Of a stretch of 64,000 nt of DNA, positions 50,501 to 62,500 are shown piece after piece. The first letter of the stretch is position 1. Each line of letters begins with the position of its first letter. The notes under the pieces were generated by a model that saw nothing but the letters and a program-made list of their open reading frames with translations, was not told where the DNA came from and made no database searches. Origin of the DNA: Eledone cirrhosa (Eukaryota); NCBI GenBank assembly GCA_964016885.1, contig OZ024757.1:42656001-42720000 (forward strand), in the 5' to 3' direction. The translations under genes were made by a program, and so were the position numbers.

Positions 50501-53500
50501 ATGCGCACAAAGGTCCGGCGGCCTTGGCGCATGCGCACTACGACGGCGGTCTTGGCGCATGCGCAGTACGATCCGGCGGTCTTGGCGCATGCGCACTACG
50601 GTCCGGTGGCCTTGGCGCATGCGCACTAAGGTACTGCGGCCTTGTCGCATGCGCAGTACGGTTCGGCGGCTTTGGCGCATGCGCACTACGGTCCGGCGGC
50701 CTTGGCGCATGCGCATTACGGTCCGGCGGCCTTGGCGCATGCGCAGTACGGTCCGGCGGCCGGCATGCGCAGTAGAGTCATGCGGCCTTGGTGTATGCGC
50801 ACTATGTACCGGCCGCCTTGGCGCATGTGCACTATGTACCGGCCGCCTTGGCGCATGTGCACTATGTACCGGCCGCCTTGGCGCATGCGCACTACTGTTC
50901 GGCGGCTTTGGCGCATGCGCACTACGGTCCGGCGGCCTTGGCGCATGCGCATTACGGTCCGGCGGTCTTGGCGCATGCGCAGTACGGTCCGGCGGCCGCC
51001 TTGACGCATGCGCAGTAGAGTCAGGCGGCCTTGGTGTATGCGCACTATGTACCGGCCGCCTTGGCGCATGTGCACTATGTACCGGCCGCCTTGGCGCATG
51101 CGCACTACTGTTCGGCGGCTTTGGCGCATGCGCACTACGGTCCGGCGGCCTTGGCGCATGCGCATTACGGTCCGGCGGCCTTGGTGTATGCGCACTACGG
51201 TCCGACGGCCTTGGCGCATGTGCACTATGTACCGGCCGCCTTGGTGCATGCGCACTACGGTTCGGCGGCTTTGGCGCACGCGCAGTACGGTTCGGCGGCC
51301 TTGGCGCATGAGCACTACGGTTCTGTGGCCTTGGCGCATGCGTACTACGGTACTGCGGACTTGGCGCATGCGCAGTACGGTCAGGCGGCTTTGGCCCATG
51401 CGCACTACGGTTGGGCGGCCTTGGCGCATGCCCACTACGGTCATGCGGCCATGGCGCATGCGCACTACGATCCGGTGGCTTTGGGGCATGCGCACTACGG
51501 TCCGGCGGCCTTGGCGCATGCGCACTACGGTCTGGCGGCCTTGGCGCATGCGCAGTACGGTCCGGCGGCGTTGGCGCATGCGCAGTACGGTCGTTTAGTC
51601 ATTTTAGTCATTCAACAGTCCTATTTAGTCATTTTATTCATTTATGAAGACGTTTTAGACATTATATTGTCTTTTTAGTTATCATGATGCCATTTCAATC
51701 AATTTAGTGTAATTTTAGTAATTTACGATGTCGTTTTTGCCATTTTAGTCGTTTATGATGACGTTGTAGTCATTTATGATGACGTTTTAGCCATTTTATT
51801 TATTTATGAAGAGGTTTTAGCCATTTTAGAGACACTTTAGCAATGTAACAGTCCGTTTTAGCCACTTTAGTGTCATTTTAGCCGTTTACGATGTCGTTTT
51901 AGTCATTTTGATGACGTTTAAGCAATTTTAGTGTAATTTTATTCATTTACGATGTCCTTTTAGCCATTTATGATGACGGTTAAGACATTTAAGTCATTTA
52001 TCATGACGTTTTAGCCACTTTCGTCATTTTAGTCATTTATGATGTCATGTTTAGCCATTTCGGAGTCATTTTAGTCGTTTTAGTCATTTATGATGCAGTT
52101 TAAGCTATATTAGAGCCATTTTTGTCATTTTAGTCGTTTTAGAGTCATTTTAATCATTTATGATGTTGTTGTAGCCTTTCGAGAGTTATTTTAGCCATTT
52201 ATGATACCGTTTTACTCATTTACCAGTCATTTTTGTCATTTTACTCGTTTTAGAGTCATTTTAGTCAATTATGATGCTGATTTAGCCATTTTAGTGTCAT
52301 TTTAGTCAATTTTTATGCCGTTTTACTCATTTACGAGTCATTTTAGTCGTTTTAGAGTCATTTTAGTCAAATATGATGCTGTTTTAGCCACTTTAGAGCC
52401 ATTTAATCATTTATGTTGCCATATTACAACAGAATGGCTAAAACTGCATCATAAATGACTAAAACGTCATCATCAATGACTAAAATGGCTAAAACGATAT
52501 CGTAAATGACTAAAACTACATAAAATTGCTTAAACGTCATTATAAATCACTAAAATGGGTAAAACGACATCGTAAATGGCTACAATTGCACTAAAATGGC
52601 TGAAATGGCATCATAATGACTAAAAAGACAATAAAGTGTCTAAAAGGTCTTCAGAAATGAATAAAATGGATAAAACGTCATCATAAATTACTAAAATGAC
52701 ACTAAAAGGGCTAAAATGGCATCATAAGTGACTAAAATGAATAAAACGTCATTATGAATGACTAAAATTGTTAAACGTCATCAAAAAGGACTAACATGAC
52801 ACTAAAATGGCCGAAATGTCATCATAAATGGCTAAGACGGCATAATAAATGACTAAAGTGACAATAAAATGCTAAAACCGTATGATAATTGACTAGAATG
52901 ACTCTAACACGACTGAAACGCCTAAAATGACTAATGGCTCTAAAATGGTTAAACTGCATCATAAATTACTAAAATGACTCAAAAATGGCTAAATATGGCA
53001 ACATAGAGGCTTAAAATGGCTAAAAAGTCATCCGGACCGTACTGCACATGCGCCAAGGCCGTAGTGCGCATGCGCCAAGGCCGCCGAACCGTATTGCGCA
53101 TGCGCCAAGGCCGCCGGACCGTAGTGCGCATGCGCCAAGGCCGCCAGACCGTGGTGCGCATGCGCCAAGGCCGCCGGACCGTAGTGCGCATGCGTCAATG
53201 CTGCCAGACCGTTGTGCGCATGCGCCAAGGCCGCCGGACCGTTGTGCGCATGCGCAAAGAACACTGACCCTTAGTGCGCATGCGCCAAGGCCGCCGGACC
53301 GTACTGCGCATGCGCTAAGGCCGCCGGACCTTAGTGCGCATGCGCCAAGGCCACCGGACCGTAGTGCGCATGCGCCAAGGCCACTGGACCGTAGTGCGCA
53401 TGCGCCAAGGCCACTGGACCGTAGTGCGCATGCGCCATGCGGCCGGACCGTAGTGCGCATGCGCCAAGGCCGCCGGACCGTACTGCGCATGTGCCAAGGC

Positions 53501-56500
53501 CATCGGAACGTAGTGCGCATGCGGCAAGGTCGCCGCACCGTAGTGCGCATGCGCCAAGACCGCCGGACCGTAGTGCGCGTGCGCCAAGGCTGCCGCAACG
53601 TAGTGCGCATGCGTCAAAGCCGCTGAACCGTAGTGCGCATGCGCCAAGGACGTTGGACCTTAGTGCGCATGCGCCAAGGCCGCCGAACCGCATGCGCACA
53701 AATGTCCGACGACCTTGGCGCATGCGCACTACGACGGCGGTCTTGGCGCATGCGCAGTACGATCCGGCGGCTTTGGCGCATGCGCACTACGGACCGGCGG
53801 CCTTGGCGCATGCGCAGTACGGTCCGGCGGCCGGCCTTGACGCATGCGCAGTAGAGTCAGGCTACCTTGGTGTATGCGCACTACGGTCCGACGGCCTTGG
53901 CGCATGTGCACTATGTACCGGCCGCCTTGGCGCATGCGCACTACGGTTCGGCGGCTTTGGCGCATGCGCAGTACGGTTCGGCGGCCTTGGCGCATGAGCA
54001 CTACGGTCCGGCGGCCTTGGCGCATGCGCACTACGGTTCTGTGGCCTTGGCGCATGCGTATTGCGGTACTGCGGCCTTGTCGCATGCGCAGTACGGTACT
54101 GCGGACTTGGCGCATGCGCAGTACGGTCAGGCGGCTTTGGCCCATGCGCACTACGGTTGGGCGGCCTTGGCGCATGCCCACTACGGTCATGCGGCCATGG
54201 CGCATGCGCACTACGATCCGGTGGCTTTGGCGCATGCGCACTACGGTCCGACGGCCTTGGCGCATGCGCACTACGGTCTGGCGGCCTTGGCGCATGCGCA
54301 GTACGGTCCTGCGGCGTTGGCGCATGCGCAGTACTGTCGTTTAGTCATTTTAGTCATTCAACAGTCCTATTTAGTCATTTTATTCATTTATGAAGACGTT
54401 TTAGACATTATATTGTCTTTTTAGTTATCATGATGCCATTTCAATCAATTTAGTGTAATTTTAGTAATTTACGATGTCGTTTTTGCCATTTTAGTCGTTT
54501 ATGATGACGTTGTAGTCATTTATGATGACGTTTTAGCCATTTTATTTATTTATGAAGACGTTTTAGCCATTTTAGAGACATTAGCAATTTATCAGTCCGT
54601 TTTAGCCACTTTAGTGTCATTTTAGCCATTTACGATGTCGTTTTAGCCGTTTTAGTCATTTTGATGGCGTTTAAGCAATTTTAGTGTAATTTTATTCATT
54701 TACGATGTCCTTTTAGTCATTTATGATGACGGTTAAGACATTTAAGTCATTTATCATGACGTTTTAGCCACTTTCGTCATTTTAGTCATTTATGATGTCA
54801 TGTTTAGCCATTTCGGAGTCATTTTAGTCGTTTTAGTCATTTATGATGCAGTTTAAGCTATATTAGAGCCATTTTTGTCATTTTAGTCGTTTTAGAGTCA
54901 TTTTAATCATTTATGATGTTGTAGACTTTCTAGAGTTATTTTAGTCATTTATGATACCGTTTTACTCATTTACGAGTCATTTTTGTCATTTTACTCGTTT
55001 TAGAGACATTTTAGTCAATTATGATGCTGTTTTAGCCATTTTAGTGTCATTTTAGTCAATTTTTATGCCGTTTTACTCATTTACGAGTCATTTTAGTCGT
55101 TTTAGAGTCATTTTAGTCAAATATGATGCTGTTTTAGCCATTTTAGAGCCATTTAATCATTTATGTTGCCATATTACAACAGAATGGCTAAAACTGCATC
55201 ATAAATGACTAAAACGTCATCATCAATGACTAAAATGGCTAAAACGATATCGTAAATGACTAAAACTACATAAAATTGCTTAAACGTCATTATAAATCAC
55301 TAAAATGGGTAAAACGACATCGTAAATGGCTACAATTGCACTAAAATAGGATGAAATGGCATCATAATGACTAAAAAGACAATAAAATGTCTAAAAGGTC
55401 TTCAGAAATGAATAAAATGGATGAAACGTCATCATAAATTACTAAAATAACACTAAAAGGGCTAAAATGACATCATAAGTGACTAAAATGAATAAAACGT
55501 CATTATGAATGACTAAAATTGTTAAACGTCATCAAAAAGGACTAACATGGCCGAAATGTCATCATGTATGACTGAAATTACAACAAAATGGCTAAGACGG
55601 CATAATAAATGACTAAAGTGACAATAAAATGCTAAAACCGTATCATAATTGACTAGAATGACTCTAACACGACTGAAACGTCTAAAATGACTATAAATGG
55701 CTCTAAAATGGTTAAACTGCATCATAAATTACTAAAATGACTCAAAAATGGCTAAATATGGCAACATAAAGGCTTAAGATGGCTAAAAACTCATCCGGAC
55801 CGTACTGCACATGCGTCAAGGACGTCGGACCGTAGTGCGCATGCGCCAAGGCCTCCGAACCGTAGTGCGCATGCGCCAAGGCCGCCGGACCGTAGTGCGC
55901 ATGCGCCAAGGCCGCCGGACCGTAGTGCGCATGCGCCAAGGCCGCCAGATCGTAGTGCGCATGCACCAAAGCCGCCGGGCCGTTGTGCGCATGCGCCAAG
56001 GCCACTGGACCGTACTGCGCATGCGCCAAGGCCACTAGAACGTAGTGCGCATGCGCCAAGGCCATCGGACCGTAGTGCGCATGCGCCAAGGCTGCCAGAC
56101 CGTAGTGCGCATGCGCCAAAGCCACCGGACCGTAGTGCGCATGCGGCAAGGTCGCCGCACCGTAGTGCGCATGCGCCAAGACCGCCGGACCGTAGTGCGC
56201 GTGCGCCAAGGCTGCCGGAACGTAGTGCGCATGCGTCAAAGCCGCTGAACCGTAGTGCGCATGCGTCAAAGCCGCTGAACCGTAGTGCGCATGCGCCAAG
56301 GACGTTGGACCTTAGTGCGCATGCGCCAAGGCCGCCGAACCGCATGCGCACAAAGGTCCGGCGGCCTTGGCGTATGCGCACTACGACGGCGGTCTTGGCG
56401 CATGCGCAGTACGATCCGGCGGTCTTGGCGCATGCGCAGTACGGTCCGGCGGTCTTGGCGCATGCGCAGTACGGTCCGGCGGTCTTGGCGCATGCGCACT

Positions 56501-59500
56501 ACGGTCCGGTGGCCTTAGCGCATGCGCACTAAGGTACTGCCGCCTTGTCGCATGCGCAGTACGGTTCGGCGGCTTTGGCGCATGCGCACTACGGACCGGC
56601 GGCCTTGGCGCATGCGCAGTAGAGTCAGGCGGCCTTGGTGTATGCGCACTACGGTCCGACGGCCTTGGCGCATGTGCACTATGTACCGGCCGCCTTGGCG
56701 CATGCGCACTACGGTTCGGCGGCTTTGGCGCATGCGCAGTACGGTTCGGCGGCCTTGGCGCATGAGCACTACGGTCCGGCGGCCTTGGCGCATGCGCACT
56801 ACGGTTCTGTGGCCTTGGCGCATGCGTATTACGGTACTGCGGCCTTGTCGCATGCGCAGTACGGTACTGTGGACTTGGCGCATGCGCAGTACGGTCAGGC
56901 GGCTTTGGCCCATGCGCACTACGGTTGGGCGGCCTTGGCGCATGCCCACTACGGTCATGCGGCCATGGCGCATGCGCACTACGATCCGGTGGCTTTGGCG
57001 CATGCGCACTACGGTCCGACGGCCTTGGCGCATGCGCACTACGGTCTGGCGGCCTTGGCGCATGCGCAGTACGGTCCTGCGGCGTTGGCGCATGCGCAGT
57101 ACTGTCGTTTAGTCATTTTAGTCATTCAACAGTCCTATTTAGTCATTTTATTCATTTATGAAGACGTTTTAGACATTATATTGTCTTTTTAGTTATCATG
57201 ATGCCATTTCAATCAATTTAGTGTAATTTTAGTAATTTACGATGTCGTTTTTGCCATTTTAGTCGTTTATGATGACGTTGTAGTCATTTATGATGACGTT
57301 TTAGCCATTTTATTTATTTATGAAGACGTTTTAGCCATTTTAGAGACAATTTAGCAATTTAACAGTCCGTTTTAGCCACTTTAGTGTCATTTTAGCCGTT
57401 TACGATGTCGTTTTAGCCGTTTTAGTCATTTTGATGACGTTTAAGCAATTTTAGTGTAATTTTATTCATTTACGATGTCCTTTTAGCCATTTATGATGAC
57501 GGTTAAGACATTTAAGTCATTTATCATGACGTTTTAGCCACTTTCGTCATTTTAGTCATTTATGATGTCATGTTTAGCCATTTCGGAGTCATTTTAGTCG
57601 TTTTAGTCATTTATGATGTAGTTTAAGCTATATTAGAGCCATTTTTGTCATTTTAGTCGTTTTAGAGTCATTTTAATCATTTATGATGCTGTTGTAGCCT
57701 TTCTAGAGTTATTTTAGTCATTTATGATACCGTTTTACTCATTTACCAGTCATTTTTGTCATTTTACTCGTTTTAGAGTTATTTTAGTCAATTATGATGC
57801 TGATTTAGCCATTTTAGTGTCATTTTAGTCAATTTTTATGCCGTTTTACTCATTTACTAGTCGTTTTAGAGTCATTTTAGTCAAATTTGATGCTGTTTTA
57901 GCCACTTTAGAGCCATTTAATCATTTATGTTGCCATATTACAACAGAATGGCTAAAACTGCATCATAAATGACTAAAACGTCATCATCAATGACTAAAAT
58001 GGCTAAAACGATATCGTAAATGACTAAAACTACATAAAATTGCTTAAACGTCGTTATAAATCACTAAAATGGGTAAAACGACATCGTAAATGGCTACAAT
58101 TGCACTAAAATGGCTGAAATGGCATCATAATGACTAAAAAGACAATAAAGTGTCTAAAAGGTCTTCAGAAATGAATAAAATGGATAAAACGTCATCATAA
58201 ATTACTAAAATGACACTAAAAGGGCTAAAATGGCATCATAAGTGACTAAAATGAATAAAACGTCATTATGAATGACTAAAATTGTTAAACGTCATCAAAA
58301 AGGACTAACATGACACTAAAATGGCCGAAATGTCATCATAAATGACTGAAATTACAACAAAATGGCTAAGACGGCATAATAAATGACTAAAGTGACAATA
58401 AAATGCTAAAACCGTATGATAATTGACTAGAATGACTCTAACACGACTGAAACGCCTAAAATGACTAATGGCTCTAAAATGGTTAAACTGCATCATAAAT
58501 TACTAAAATGACTCAAAAATGGCTAAATATGGCAACATAGAGGCTTAAAATGGCTAAAAAGTCATCCGGACCGTACTGCACATGCGCCAAGGCCGTAGTG
58601 CGCATGCGCCAAGGCCGCCGGACCGTAGTGCGCATGCGCCAAGGCCGCCAGACCGTGGTGCGCATGCGCCAAGGCCGCCGGACCGTAGTGCGCATGCGTC
58701 AATGCTGCCAGACCGTAGTGCGCATGCGCCAAGGCCGCCGGACCGTAGTGCGCATGCGCCAAGGCCGCCAGACCGTGGTGCGCATGCGCCAAGGCCGCCG
58801 GACCGTAGTGCGCATGCGTCAATGCTGCCAGACCGTAGTGCGCATGCGCCAAGGCCGCCGGACCGTTGTGCGCATGCGCAAAGAACACTGACCCTTAGTG
58901 CGCATGCGCCAAGGCCGCCGGACCTTAGTGCGCATGCGCCAAGGCCACTGGACCGTAGTGCGCATGCGCCAAGGCCACTGGACCGTAGTGCGCATGCGCC
59001 ATGCGGCCGGACCGTAGTGCGCATGCGCCAAAGCCGCCGGACCGTACTGCGCATGTGCCAAGGCCATCGGAACGTAGTGCGCATGCGGCAAGGTCGCCGT
59101 ACCGTAGTGCGCATGCGCCAAGACCGCCGGGCCGTAGTGCGCGTGCGCCAAGGCTGCCGGAACGTAGTGCGCATGCGCCAAAGCCGCTGAACCGTAGTGC
59201 GCATGCGTCAAAGCCGCTGAACCGTAGTGCGCATGCGCCAAGGACGTTGGACCTTAGTGCGCATGCGCCAAGGCCGCCGAACCGCATGCGCACAAAGGTC
59301 CGGCGGCCTTGGCGCATGCGCACTACGACGGCGGTCTTGGCGCATGCGCAGTACGATCCGGCGGTCTTGGCGCATGCGCAGTACGGTCCGGCGGTCTTGG
59401 CGCATGCGCACTACGGTCCGGTGGCCTTAGCGCATGCGCACTAAGGTACTGCGGCCTTGTCGCATGCGCAGTACGGTTCGGCGGCTTTGGCGCATGCGCA

Positions 59501-62500
59501 CTACGGACCGGCGGCCTTGGCGCATGCGCAGTACGGTCCGGCGGCCGCCCTTGACGCATGCGCAGTAGAGTCAGGCGGCCTTGGTGTATGCGCACTACGG
59601 TCCGACGGCCTTGGCGCATGTGCACTATGTACCGGCCGCCTTGGCGCATGCGCACTACGGTTCGGCGGCTTTGGCGCATGCGCAGTACGGTTCGGCGGCC
59701 TTGGCGCATGAGCACTACGGTCCGGCGGCCTTGGCGCATGCGCACTACGGTTCTGTGGCCTTGGCGCATGCGTATTACGGTACTGCGGCCTTGTCGCATG
59801 CGCAGTACGGTACTGCGGACTTGGCGCATGCGCAGTACGGTCAGGCGGCTTTGGCCCATGCGCACTACGGTTGGGCGGCCTTGGCGCATGCCCACTACGG
59901 TCATGCGGCCATGGCGCATGCGCACTACGATCCGGTGGCTTTGGCGCATGCGCACTACAGTCCGACGGCCTTGGCGCATGCGCACTACGGTCTGGCGGCC
60001 TTGGCGCATGCGCAGTACGGTCCTGCGGCGTTGGCGCATGCGCAGTACTGTCGTTTAGTCATTTTAGTCATTCAACAGTCCTATTTAGTCATTTTATTCA
60101 TTTATGAAGACGTTTTAGACATTATATTGTCTTTTTAGTTATCATGATGCCATTTCAATCAATTTAGTGTAATTTTAGTAATTTACGATGTCGTTTTTGC
60201 CATTTTAGTCGTTTATGATGACGTTGTAGTCATTTATGATGACGTTTTAGCCATTTTATTTATTTATGAAGACGTTTTAGCCATTTTAGAGACAATTTAG
60301 CAATTTAACAGTCCGTTTTAGCCACTTTAGTGTCATTTTAGCCGTTTACGATGTCGTTTTAGCCGTTTTAGTCATTTTGATGACGTTTAAGCAATTTTAG
60401 TGTAATTTTATTCATTTACGATGTCCTTTTAGCCATTTATGATGACGGTTAAGACATTTAAGTCATTTATCATGACGTTTTAGCCACTTTCGTCATTTTA
60501 GTCATTTATGATGTCATGTTTAGCCATTTCGGAGTCATTTTAGTCGTTTTAGTCATTTATGATGCAGTTTAAGCTATATTAGAGCCATTTTTGTCATTTT
60601 AGTCGTTTTAGAGTCATTTTAATCATTTATGATGCTGTTGTAGCCTTTCTAGAGTTATTTTAGTCATTTATGATACCGTTTTACTCATTTACCAGTCATT
60701 TTTGTCATTTTACTCGTTTTAGAGTTATTTTAGTCAATTATGATGCTGATTTAGCCATTTTAGTGTCATTTTAGTCAATTTTTATGCCGTTTTACTCATT
60801 TACGAGTCATTTTAGTCGTTTTAGAGTCATTTTAGTCAAATTTGATGCTGTTTTAGCCACTTTAGAGCCATTTAATCATTTATGTTGCCATATTACAACA
60901 GAATGGCTAAAACTGCATCATAAATGACTAAAACGTCATCACCAATGACTAAAATGGCTAAAACGATATCGTAAATGACTAAAACTACATAAAATTGCTT
61001 AAACGTCATTATAAATCACTAAAATGGGTAAAACGACATCGTAAATGGCTACAATTGCACTAAAATGGATGAAATGGCATCATAATGACTAAAAAGACAA
61101 TAAAATGTCTAAAAGGTCTTCAGAAATGAATAAAATGGATGAAACGTCATCATAAATTACTAACATAACACTAAAAGGGCTAAAATGACATCATAAGTGA
61201 CTAAAATGAATAAAACGTCATTATGAATGACTAAAATTGTTAAACGTCATCAAAAAGGACTAACATGGCCCAAATGTCATCATGTATGACTGAAATTACA
61301 ACAAAATGGCTAAGACGGCATAATAAATGACTAAAGTGACAATAAAATGTTAAAACCGTATCATAATTGACTAGAATGACTCTAACACGACTGAAACGTC
61401 TTAAATGACTATAAATGGCTCTAAAATGGTTAAACTGCATCATAAATTACTAAAATGACACAAAAATGGCTAAATATGGCAACATAAAGGCTTAAAATGG
61501 CTAAAAAGTCATCCGGACCGTACTGCACATGCGTCAAGGACGTCGGACCGTAGTGCGCATGCGCCAAGGCCTCCGAACCGTAGTGCGCATGCGCCAAGGC
61601 CGCCAGATCGTAGTGCGCATGCACCAAAGCCGCCGGGCCGTTGTGCGCATGCGCCAAGGCCACTGGACCGTACTGCGCATGCGCCAAGGCCATCGGACCG
61701 TAGTGCGCATGCGCCAAGGCGGCCAGACCGTAGTGCGCATGCGCCAAAGCCACCGGACCGTAGTGCGCATGCGCTAAGGCCGCCGGACCGTACTGCGCAT
61801 GCGCTAAGGCCGCCGGACCGTACTGCGCATGCGCCAAAGCCGCCGAACCGTAGTGCGCATGCGCCCAGGCCGCCGAACCGTAGTGCGCATGCGCCCAGGC
61901 CGCCGGACCGTAGTGCGCATGCACCAAGCCGCATGACTGTATTGCGCATGCGTCAAGGTCCCGGTACCGAACTACACATGCGCCAAGGCCGCCGGACCGT
62001 AGTGCGCATGCGCCAGAGACGCCGAACCGTACTGCGCATGCGCAAGGTCGCCGGACCATACTGCGCATGCGCCAAGGCCGCCAGACTGTACTGCGCATGC
62101 GTCAAAGTCGCAGTACCGAACTGCGCATGCGCCAAAGACGCCGAACCGTCGTGCCATTGCGCCAAGACCGCCGAAACGTACTGCACACGCGCCGAGGCGG
62201 CCGGATCGTACTGCGCATGCCCCAAGGCCGCCGGACCGTAGTGCGCATGCGTCAAGGCCGCCAGACCGTAGTGCGCATGCGCCAAGGCCGCCGAAGCGTA
62301 CTGCGCATGCGCCAAGGCCGCCGACCCTTAGTGCGCATGCGCCAAGGCCGCCGACCATTAGTGCGCATGCGCCAAAACCGCTGGACCGTAGTGCGCATGC
62401 GCCCAGACAACCGGATCGTACTGCGCATGCGCCAAGGCCGCCGTCGTAGTGCGCATGCACCAAGGCCGCCGCACCTTTGTGCGCATGCGGTTCGGCGGCC

